A stretch of 64,000 bases of DNA, taken from assembly GCA_043228905.1 (NCBI GenBank), contig JBHGNT010000004.1:9176001-9240000 (forward strand), given 5' to 3'. Numbering within the stretch: the first letter of the stretch is position 1; every line of letters begins with the position of its first letter. The notes beneath the pieces were generated by a model. That model saw nothing but the letters and a program-made list of their open reading frames with translations. It was not told the origin of the DNA and made no database searches. Origin of the DNA: Azolla caroliniana (lineage: Eukaryota; Plantae; Polypodiophyta). Made by a program: the position numbers and the translations under genes. This document shows, piece by piece, positions 53,166 to 64,000 of this stretch.

Positions 53166-56100
53166 ATGGTCCATAAAGTGTTCGTGTGGTTCTTAATCAC
53201 TACTTAATGTTAATCTTTATAGTTGGAATGAAGGATGACAACACAAGTGTAACTCAGATGACAAGGAAACTTGCAAGAACTCAAGATGGGGATATTAATA
53301 GCTACACTTGTAGATGGCCATGACCTAGGGTACCAATTCTACATTGGTAAAGTTTTGGACGTGATGATGTATTAAACGTTTGTAATACATCTATCACTGA
53401 CATTAATGAGGTGGATATCATTATGTATGACTTTACACAAACAAAAGTTGGATGTATAAGGACAACAACGATATGCATAATAAAAGAGATATTAGCAAGT
53501 CTAGAAGATATCTCAGATTGAAGGCGAAGAAGATTTATTGCACAAAATTTGAAGATACCATTTGGTGAAGACAATGATTTGATTGGTACATTGGAAGATG
53601 AGGAGGAAGAGTCACAATTGTATATTATCTATAGTAGTGATTCTCATGAAAAGATTGATGATAGTCATGCAAATAACTCCCAAATGTATTTGTTGTGCAA
53701 CTATATGTAACAAATTTAGACAACATTTTATCGAATGGAATAAAAACGTTCATTGTTTTGAAATATTCTACTTTGATTTCTTTAAGATCTAAAAACTTAT
53801 TAGTTGTCATTTTTCTTTAAAAATCCACAAAGTTACTTTTCATATTTTACCCAAATTTGGCATTTTTCGATTTTACCAAATGGTGAAATTTTCAACTTTT
53901 TCATCATGTTTTGGAGAACATGTGATACTAGTATCAAGATGTTTTGTGAAATGGCAAAAAAAAACCCAAAATCAAACGGAATATTCCTTATCCTTCCACT
54001 TGTGCGCGATCCTTCCACTTGTGAACGCAAACGTGTTTGATGGAGACCAACTCTATGTTAGCAACTTTTGATAGGTTCTGTGATCGTGGTGTTATTTTGT
54101 ATTTCACTAGGAAACTTCCTTTGGTATCATGGATTAAGCAGTGGTTGAATTCATTCATAATGCCTAATTGTGTTGAGGATATGTATGTGGTTCCAAGAGG
54201 TTTCTATAATGTAGTTTTTCGATCCTCAGAACATTGTACGGCTTTGATGGCAAAGGTACCAATCTTTTTTGATAGAAGATTTGTGAATGTGATGCAATGG
54301 GTTCCAGTGCTAGATTATAAAGATTTAGTAAAATACACTGTCCAATTCGGGTGACCGTTGATTGTAGCAACTCATTCTTTTGGGATTTACTGCAAGGATT
54401 GATGTCTCAAATTGGTAAAGTTTTGGTTGCAGCTCCTGTTAATTCGTTGAACAAATGTAGATTTTGCATGTTATGGGATACAAGTTGTAAACTTCCAAGA
54501 TGGTTGAGTATCGATACATCTCGATTTGGTTGGTTTCGTTTTAAGCTTGAACGGGAAACTTTTGCAGGACATTGTTTAAAATGTGGTAATTTGGGGCATT
54601 TTATGGATGAATGCCAATATATGGTGAACTATCCCTAGAAAATAAGGAAGATGTTGAGAAGGACATGGTCATGATTATTCATGATTCGTTTTGTCCACAT
54701 ATTGACTATAATGATCCATATGGACGTTTTTTGGTGATGGAAGTTAAGTATTTTGAGGATTTGATATGGTTGGTAGGAATCTATGCACCCAATAATGCTA
54801 ATCAATGCATTGAGTTATGGTCTTCAATCTATCCATGACTATTAGTGGGCCGTGTTGGTTTGTTAATGGGTTATTTTAATATGTGTGTTGATGCGTCACA
54901 ATCTACTTCATGATTCTCATTGATAGATTCTCATGAGCAAGTAGTTTGGGACAAACTGGCATCAGAGGTTTTGAAGTTGGATGTATGGAAATGGTTGCAT
55001 CAAGATGAGGTTGGGTTTACATTTCAATCTATCCAATATAAGGAAACATGGAGTAGGTTAGATAGAATGTATGTTATGCATGATGAGTCCTTTTAGCCAG
55101 AGATGCTTAATATGTCAATTATGCAAGAGGGTGTGACATCGGATCATTTTCCCAATTTGATGCCTATATGGAACAAATTTTTGGCATGTTTTCAGAACAA
55201 GTTATTTAAAAAGGATGGCATTCATGGGATACAACACACTACAAAACATCAATGATATTCATCGTAAGTATGGTATGACAAATGCTAAAAGACGTAAGAG
55301 ATTGATTGATAAGTTTTCATATATTCTTACGCGATGCAAATATTTGTCAAGTATTGGATGTTGATTTTGAAGAAGCTAAGGTTGAAAAGGTATTGTTACA
55401 CCTTCCAAATGGTAAAAGCCCTGACTGGGATGGTGTTAAAAATGAAGTTTTTAAGAAGTATGCTAGCATGCTTAAGAGTCCATTCCCACAAATGTTTCAA
55501 CAATGTTGGGATTCTGGTTTCATGCCTCAAAGCTAGAAGGTGGGCTTAATCAAATTGTTACCAAAGGTACCATCTCCGGAGTCATTTCATCAATGGAGGC
55601 CTACTTCTTTGATGGGAGGGTTGTACAAAATCGCGTAAGAATATATGAAAACTTATCGATCAATTTCTTATGTCGTTTAGCATTAGTCATACCATACATA
55701 CGATGAATACACATCCATAAGACACAATAAGACATACATATATTATAATAGCATAAGACACAATATTCTTTTTTGTAACAACTTGGAGCAACTTTTGTCA
55801 TTTTCCGATAAGGGATAATGTTTATTGATTTTTACAAGAAATATTTTGAAGAATACTAGTGAGTTCTAATGTTTATATATAACTACATCGTACAAAATAG
55901 AAACATATTATGAGAATGCATTGATTTGACAGTTTTAGTCCTAGTAATTTTTGTTGAAAAGACAACTACTTTGCTAGTGAAATATATGTATGTGTATAGA
56001 TATTAAATGTATATATTTAGTTTTCCCAAAATATTCTTTTTTGTTTATGTTTTTTGCATTGTTAAAAGCAAAAAATTGTTTCGGCTTGAAACAACACTTC

Positions 56101-56757
56101 TTGGTGGTGAATGCATACAAAGGGCTCTTTCAGTTTTGATCAAAATTTAAGAATGAAGTAGAGAAAGCCATGGGCTAACATGTACAATTTCTTCGGTCGG
56201 ACAGAGGAAAAGAGTACTTCTCCGACGAATTTTCGGCCTTTCTCCGGAAAGAAGGAATTCGGCGAGAGTTTTCACATCGTTTGTTAGTAATGTTGTCAAA
56301 ACTTGCGGCCAGTGGTGATATTGTGGGTTTGCATCTTCCTTATGGTGGACAATTGGTGGCACAGGCATCAACTGATGATTCGTTTATGTTTTTCCAAGCC
56401 TAAAAAGAAAATCATAAAAGGAGTATACAAGTTTGGGATTAATTTGCTTTGGCTTTAGGGTTGTATATAAATTGGAGAAGTCTCGACTTATTTCTTTTAC
56501 ATAGAGTAATTTGGAATGTTTGGGATGGCGAGGGTTAGTGATTACATGAGGATCAATTTATCAACATTTGGGTTATCCATTGGGAATTGAGGTTACAAAT
56601 GTTCAATTGATTGACTGGATTGGTAGTAAACTGAGGGACAAATTTATGTATTGGAAGTCTCAATTATGGCCCTTGCATGTACGACCCAAAGTGGTGCAAT
56701 GTATCTTGATACCCATGTTATTATATTTTTTGCATTTACATCCTTGGACTAAGAAGC

Positions 56758-58525
56758 TATTGAGATACAAGCTCAACATTGGCCGGATCGGTTGCGCAAG
56801 CCGAGAACCGGATTGGTTAAGTCAGACCGGTGCGTAAACCGGGTACGTAAACCGGTGCGCAAACAAGAAGCTGTAGCGGTGCGTAAACCGCGAGGCCGTT
56901 GGAAAGATATTCCGCGTAGGAATATATTTTGGGAGTTAGTGTAGAGCTCATTTATGAGCATTGAAGTACGTGTCAATACTTCTATCAGTCCGTATAAAAG
57001 TGCTCACTAAGCACTTTCTATGTATATACTGAGTATTATTTTTTGAATAGAGTTGTGTGTATTCTCTCTCTCAGTCAGTCTCTCCTGCATACTGTGTGTC
57101 CAAGCTCTCCATTAAACTTGTGTTTTCCTATGTTCTGCCTTCTGTTGCTTCTGCATGTCGTTTTTTTACATGGTATCAGAGCGCGAGGGTTGAGAATGAA
57201 CCTCTACAGCAGACCTTAGCATGAGAAGAAAACCTAACCTTCGAAAAGAATAAGAAAAACTGAATGGATAGAGGCATGGCTAGCTTGCTTCCGACCGAGA
57301 AGCTCAACAGAAACAACTACGCATCTTGGTTGTACAAGATGCACCAGTACCTGCTCGGGCATGGATACTGGAACTATGTTGACGGAGCAAATGACTCAGC
57401 ACCCGATTCGACACACAAAGACTTCCCAACTTAGGAATAGTCGGCGAGTAGAGTTCTCTATTGCTCTACATCTTGTGTGGGCGAACAACTTCTGAGCTAT
57501 ATTCGGGGTGCGAAAATGGCAAAGGATGCTTGGGGAAATTTGAAAAAGATTTTCACCGCAAGCACCACAGCCAGAAAGCTCCAACTTCGATAGGAGTTGA
57601 GCAACTTGCGGCAACACGATTTTTCGGTGACTGATTACACCTCGAAGATCAAAGATATATGCGACTCCTTAGCCTCCATCGATGTGAATGTCGAGGAAGG
57701 TGAGATGGCGAAGATCTGTCTCGGGGGACTGGCGTCGAAGTTCGGAGCGTTTCAAACTGCTATGTGCACACGGGAGAATACGCCGTCGTTTTTCGACCTA
57801 TAGTCGATGCTCCTTATAGAGGAGTACCGTGCGGGTGCGTGGATGAGTACGCACACCGATAGCAAGATGTTGTACACGAAGGGAGATAGGCCCCGTCTTC
57901 ATGGCAGACGAGGCGAGTCGGTGCACAATGGAGGCGGCCGATGGGATCAAGGAAGAAGGCACTGAAGTGATGCCAAGAGCAATTCTGGACCCTCCAGAAA
58001 CAGGGGGAGTCGAGGCAACGAGAACCGGCAAGGGAAACCCGTCACGGAATGCTGGTATTGTGGCAAGAAAGGCCACAAGGAGAGCGAGTGCTGGAAGAAG
58101 TGCGCCGATTCGGAGAAAACCGGATCCTGATCCGTACAAACCGACAATGGAAATCACCAGCGATCGCACTACGCCAAAGGATCCGAAAAAGTCGGAAAGG
58201 GGGCCGTCTTATGACAAGACACGAGGCGAACTCGATGAAGAAGAGCACCCCGGAATCGGACGAGGTGTGATACGTTGACTCCGGTGCGTCAACCCACATA
58301 ATGAGCCATAAGGAGTGGTTCTCATACCTTGAGAAACCGATGCAACTAGAGTAGTCGCAACAAGACACGTCACTCCACATCCGATCGAGAATTTCGTTGA
58401 AGTTCCCCTAAGCCATGCCGGGAAAAAAGGGAAACTCATGAACGTGTTACACGTCTCGACAATCACGAAGAATCTGGTGTCGGTCGGGCATATCGTCAAC
58501 CAGGGGATGCAAGTCTGGTTCATGT
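56758..58525 (+). mobile_element. Element I: 5' part of a degenerate Copia related to D, interrupted by G
   Basis: LTR 56758-57170 similar to the D LTR. PBS at 57171-57182. gag MDRGMASLLPTEKLNRNNYASW, CWYCGKKGH, YVDSGAS. Confidence 0.92.
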
Positions 58526-61500
58526 TGTCGTAAAGATCCGTCACTACGCGCAGATCATGAGGCGGAACTGTTGTGGTTCTGGACCGGAAGGATTCGACGT
58601 TAGCACAAGCTTTAGCAAGAAAGGAATTAAGATAGATTGAAAGAGAGAGAGATTGAGAAAAGATAGAACACTTGATTTTAGATTGAGAGAGAGATTAAGA
58701 ACTCTTGACTTTAGATTTCAGAAACAAGTTACAAGATCAATTCGATGACGAATTTTCTTCTTCTTAATTTCATAACCAAAAGAGCCTAACCCTTCTTCTT
58801 TTTCATCCCCCTCTTTTATAGATGCTCTCATGCATATGATGCATGTGAGGGTACAAGACATGCATAAAATGCATGTTTTCCATTTGACGCTCATGTATTA
58901 CATGTGGTGCATAATAACCATATCACTCATTTTAGTTCTCATGTATAAGAATTTACATGCAAAAGTACAATGATAGAAATAAAAGTTCAACTAAATGTTA
59001 TGGCTTAGTGGTAAGCCTACTAACTCTTAACTAGGAGGTGCAAGGTTTGAATCCACACTTGCACTCCTTGTGTATACATATATTTATTTATTTATATATA
59101 TATCTACCTGGTCACCGGATGACGCCGGTTCGCCGGATGCTGGTCGCCACCGATTACCGTTGATTGTTGGATGACGTCAGTTCCCCGGATGCCGCCGGTT
59201 ACCGTTCGGTCGCCGGATGCTGGTTCCATTGCCGGATGCCGGATGCCGGTTACCGCTCGGTCACCGAGTCCTGGTTACGTTGCCGGTCCGGTTTTGGTTG
59301 GGCAAAACCTTTGCAAGTAGCTAGGCCACACCCATTCATCCAATAGCTTAGTTCAAGTCACCTTGAACTCTCTATGCTCCACACATAGACACAAAGATAA
59401 TAGCTTTTGCTCTACCTTATATATGGTGAGATCCTTATTTCCTATCTATGTGGGATATCTCACAGTTTTATTTTTCTCTTCTTCCTTCTCATACTTCACT
59501 CCCACATAACTTGTCACTTAGATGTCCGTTTCTTATGTAGTAAAGTGCATCTCTTCAAGATCTTCGTCTTTTGTACTAAGATATTAAACTTACTTAGAAT
59601 CAGTATATTCACTATTATTGTTTTATATGATTGACACTTGATTTCGTATGTCTTATGTAATTTTCACACCATTGCCGAAAATCTTCACGACATCCACCAC
59701 CACCAAACCGCACGTCCTCCGGTACGTGCCAAGAAGAGAGAAAGTGAGATTTTGGCTTCGGTGATCAATCAGATTCCTCCATGTCTTCATTTACATTCGC
59801 CCTATTATGTTCATCGTCGAGGTGATCGAGGTCAGGATCTTCGTCTTGTCTTTTCTTGAAAATCTTTACTCTTTTTCCCGCAATGGGTACGATCAACCTT
59901 GATTTGTCTAGCTCTGCAAGGTGGTATGTGGCATTATCGTTGGCACTTGTCACCACATACGGCCTAAACCATCTTCTTGCGAACTTTCTTGTTGTACTGT
60001 GTTGATTGTCAAGGCTGTTGTCGTAAACCAAAACCTAATCTCCTTCTTCAATCTTCTTGGGACGAAGTCGATCCGTGTTGTCGAACCGAACTTTGTTTTT
60101 TACTCGGGTTGCCTCCATCATCTTTTGCGCTTTTTCTAGATCTTCAGGTCTTTTTTCAAGTTGCCTTATTAGCGCCGCTAATAACTCTTCTCGGCTCATC
60201 TTGTTCTCCCACGGTATCGCTACCCATGAGGCAATCGTCCTTTCGATGGGCATTACCGGCTTTTGTCCATACATAAGCTCTGTCGGCATATACCCTATCA
60301 CTGAGCTGTGTGTCGTTCTGTCGGCCCACAAGGCATAGGGTAATAGTCGTGGCCAATTCCCGACTCGATCACTGCATGCCCGTACGATGGCTTTGACGAT
60401 AGGTCTATGTCCTCACTCGATCTTCCCATTCGCTTCCGGATTGTAGGCAGTCATGAGGGAGAGCTTCACGCCTAGTCGTTCGAAGAGCTCCGTCGCTTCG
60501 TGCTCATCCAACTCCCCTCAATCAGCCACTATCTTCCCCACACATCTGTATCGGCAAACAACCTCTTCAAGTAGAAATTTGCAAACGACTGAAGTCGTCT
60601 TATTTATCAAGGCTCGTCCTTCCACTTGATTTGTCAAGTCTTCCCTTGCCAGCACTAAGTACTTCATTTGTCCCACTCCCATTGGTATCGAGACCAAATC
60701 CACCATCCATTTGAAGTGTATGGTGAGTGGGTATGCCGGCCGTAACTCATCACGATGACGTATATTTGAATGTATTTGGCAAGTTTCGCATGTGGACACG
60801 AAATGGAGTACATCTTTGTACATGCTTGGCCACCAGTACTTCTCCTTCAACTTTTCGAACGTCGCCCATGTTCCTCTATGACCTGCCCAAGTACTCTCGT
60901 GGAATTCGGTCATCAGCCTCTCTTGCTCTTCTTTCTTCACCACCACTCGACATGGTATTCTTGTCCTTCTTTTTGGATGTCGCCAAAGGAATCCTCCCTT
61001 CAAGAAGTACCGGTAAGATTTCTTCCGGATTTGTAGGGCCTCCTCCTTTGTCAACGAAGCATCTGCCGTCAATGTTCTTAGGAATCTACCAATCAGTAAC
61101 CACTCTCTTTCGTACTCGTTCTCGTTGAAGGCCTGGAGGGTTTGCGTGTCCTGGTCTTCCACTAATAATCGAGCCATCTTGAAGAAGTCGAGGGCGACAT
61201 CTTCATCTTCCAAAACCATGTCGCTGCCATTTTCAAATCTTGCCCTCGACAGCATGTCAGCCATGGCGTTCTTCTTCCCTGCAATGTGACGGATCTCTAG
61301 GTTTAAAGACTTGATGTAGGTGATCCACCTTAGCATAACAAGATCTAGGGTCGCACATCCCGAGACCATTCCGAGAATTGGGAGACAATCTGTCTCTATT
61401 ATCATTTCCGACCTGATCAGGTAATCTTTGTCCGTCTTCACTGTTGACACAATACCCTAAAGTTCCCGCTTGCCTTGGGCATATCTTTGTTGCCGTTCGC

Positions 61501-64000
61501 TGAGAATCTTTGCTCCGAACGGGACGGCATATCGTGCATTATCTTCTCCTTCTTGATTGATGACCCACCTGATTCCGGTTGGGCTCGTATCGACGGTCAT
61601 GTAAATCGGCTTCCCTTCAGCATAGTCGTCCTTCCTTAGTGCCAGAGCTTCGAGAAGTAGTTTCTTCAATCTTCGCATCGCATTTCTGTGCTCGTCTCGC
61701 CATTCGAACTTCATTCTTTTCTTTAGTAGTCCATATAACGGTTCCGCGACATGAGCGTTGTGCGGAATCCAGATATGATAAAATGTGCATGCTCCAAGGA
61801 ACCTTCTAACCTCCGTTTGGTTTTCGCATTCTTCTTTCATGTCTTGGAACGCGTTCATTTTGTATGGCGAAGGCTTCCGGCCGTATGCCCCACACAAGTG
61901 ACCTACGACCAAGATCTCTGGTTGCCCGAATGCAGATTTTTCTCCCGAAAATGTCAAATTCGCATCTTCGAGCCTTTGAAGCACCTTCTCGCAATCTTTC
62001 ATATGATCTGCAACGAACTTTCTACAACCTTCCTTATCTTTTGATTCATCTTTCTCCTCATCCAAACATCCTTTTATCAGAATATCATCCAAGAATGGCA
62101 TCGTGATGTCCGAGATGCAATCCTTCAAGACTTTATTCATGGCATTCACCATATGAGCTACCGAGTTTGTTGCGCCTTGGGGTAAGGTACACATCCGCAT
62201 AAGCCCGATAGGAGTCCTCATGGTTGTAATGTTCCGACTGTCGATCGCCAATTGGAATTGGCCATATCCGGAGTAGAGATCGCCAATGGAGTAGATGGAC
62301 CGGCCTTCAAACGCTTCGGCAAATTCGTCCATGCTCGGACCAATTCCGGCATTTTGAATTGTCACCTTGTTGACGGGTTGAAGATCTTGGATGAATCACA
62401 ATGATCCATTCTTCTTCGGCACCGTGAACCACCTATTGGAATAAGGAGAATTTGACGGTTCTAGAATTCCCATACTCACCTTCTCCTTTAAGAGCTCCAT
62501 CAGCTTCGGAAGGTGTGCTCTCGGAACCGGTATCGGTTTCAAATTCCAAGGCACATGAGGCACCGTGAAGATCACCATCGGCTCTATAACCTTTGGGTCG
62601 GCACATCCGATTTCTCGTGGGAAGAATGCGAAAGCCTTCCCATGTCCCCCAAGCATATCACGAAACATTCGCTCCTCTTCAAGGGGAAGGAAATCCTGCT
62701 TTCCAACTCGTAGCTTCCCCTTCGTCTCTTTGGTGAAGACATGACCTACCCTCTTCGGATCTCTTAAGCTTGGATCGTTAGCGACTTCCTTCATCTTTTG
62801 CCAACTATCTTCTGGTAGTAGAACCACCACTGGATTGATCTTCTTATCCACCATTTTATATTTCGTGTTGATGTCAGCTTCCTTCGTCGAGATGCCACGA
62901 CGGTATTCATCAATGATAACATACATGTTGACAGAGTTAACTGAAATCACGTAATCATCGTGAAGATAGCTCAAGTCCACGAGTTCCTCGATTTCGCCGA
63001 TGGTGTCGTTAAATGAGGCTTCTTCCATAATATGAGTCACAAAGTCTCCTTCTTCTATTATGTTTTCTTCATTCAGCATCTTCTCGAATTCTTGTATTCG
63101 ACGCTTGTCCTTCTTGTCGGGTAGTACTAGTTTACATGCACCACTAGGTGTGACACATGTTGCTTCTCCTCGCAATCCACGCACTCTTCTTTCTTGTGGG
63201 GTCTTGTGATTTCTCGGACTATTTGTGCCCCATGCTTCAATAGTCCGCTCTAAAAATCCGAGGATTCGCCTCCGAGACTATCTCGATTCCTTTCATGATT
63301 GGCTCACACCGTTAGGAATTGGACCGATCTTTGGTTGTCAAGACTCTTTATTCATGCTAAGGCTGCTCCATTATCGAACACTTTGATCTCCATCCGAGAT
63401 GATGTGATATACGGTTGTCCTAGGATGACAAGATGCGACGCCGATTCTTGCACGAAGAAGTGTTGATCCATCTCCACATCCCCAATCATGACTTTGACAT
63501 TGGGACAAGCTCCGTACAAGTCCTCCGTAGACTTTGTTGCTGTGCGAATCTTCCATCCATGGTTTGTATTGATTGGCCATCTTCCTTTTTTGTAGAAGTC
63601 GGTTGACATGAGTTGATCTCTGAGCCGTGGTCGATCAAGGCTACCACAGTCTCTTTCTTCTCCCCGATCTTCACCGGCGTCTCCATTGTCGTTGGTGCCC
63701 AATGAGGTCGAGTATAGTGGTTGTCCACCATATCTTCATCGACTTCGTCTCTTGCCATCGTTATGGCATTCGTTTTTGCTTTTTGTGGCTTCTCTTCTTC
63801 CTCGTCTGATTGTTGTCTTTTTCTCTTTACAAAGTCCACAATAGTGTCATGGAACTCCTTCGTAATGCCGAGTAATTCCCTCAAGGACAAAGTCACGTGG
63901 CTATCAAGAACTCGTTCTTCGAGAATCTTCTTTAGGTCCGTCGTCTGCTCTATGTCCGACTTTAGCTTATACGTAGGTATAGTCCTTGTCCTCTGAGCGG
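58526..64000 (-). mobile_element. Element G: Phygy-like gypsy related to B; 3' LTR 58526-59692 and pol; 5' part lies beyond the window
   Basis: TGTCGTG..TACGACA on the minus strand. VALIDHGSEIN, DLYSGYGQF, PFLDDILIKG, VDTSPTGI, HESTWAGH..CETC. Strongly similar to B pol. Confidence 0.92.
59765..64000 (-). pseudogene. Element G PR-RT-RNaseH-INT with stops and frameshifts
   Basis: Collinear ORF pieces 63896-63352, 63184-62396, 62365-61457, 61450-60518 and 60331-59765. Confidence 0.92.

Larger units (their letters stand above)
49555..54037. mobile_element. 4.5-kb non-autonomous DNA transposon with 35-bp TIRs and 4-bp TSD
   Basis: Left end AATACCTTTGCATTCACAAGTGGAAGGATTGCGCA; reverse complement of right end AACACGTTTGCGTTCACAAGTGGAAGGATCGCGCA. 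TSD TGAT (49551-49554 / 54038-54041). The empty site GTGGTGATGGAGACC is preserved in the duplicate at about 47888-47902. Confidence 0.9.
49352..56757 (+). mobile_element. Fragmented L1-type LINE (ORF1 DUF4283/zinc knuckle, APE endonuclease, RT), interrupted by the TIR element and by Copia I
   Basis: RGFYNVVF..VMQWVP, CLKCGNLGHFMDEC, GIYAPN, SRLDRMY, SDHFP, KSPDWDG, WRPTSL, HLGYPL. A duplicate ORF1 piece lies at 47822-48070. Confidence 0.85.

Noticed and set aside
53166-53700. Decayed transposase inside the TIR element
   Set aside because: It looks weakly coding, but I recognise no motif and there are multiple stops.

Overview
Eukaryotic, TE-saturated plant DNA, most likely a moss or other early-diverging land plant (inferred from the Tcn1-like and Phygy-like LTR elements and the MYB type). 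I found no intact host gene. There are three nests of LTR retrotransposons, mostly resolved to the base with LTR ends, PBS and target-site duplications (TSDs). Nest 1: self-priming Tcn1-like gypsy A <- tRNA-Trp-primed gypsy B <- intact Copia C with apparently identical TG..TA LTRs. Nest 2: R2R3-MYB pseudogene <- Copia D <- solo LTR E and chromovirus F <- Athila/Tat-like gypsy H. Nest 3: L1-type LINE <- 4.5-kb TIR element and Copia I <- gypsy G. Between nests 2 and 3 lie a decayed Sola2-like transposase facing a RING-finger gene, and three satellites (palindromic, telo-box and exon-intron-like). Best candidate for an undescribed system: element H has no polypurine tract. In its place is a sense copy of a tRNA 3' end (..GTCCCACGGGCGTGCCA-TG-LTR), which is a second, antisense PBS. 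A relic of a related family at ~16.1 kb shows the mirror sequence as the normal PBS, suggesting both DNA strands are tRNA-primed (or panhandle/self-primed). H also carries a ~900-aa non-env coiled-coil ORF. Element F contains an inverted copy of its own R-U5 (the strong-stop DNA segment) in place of part of pol. All comparisons were made by eye, and lineage and tRNA assignments come from recalled motifs, not database searches.
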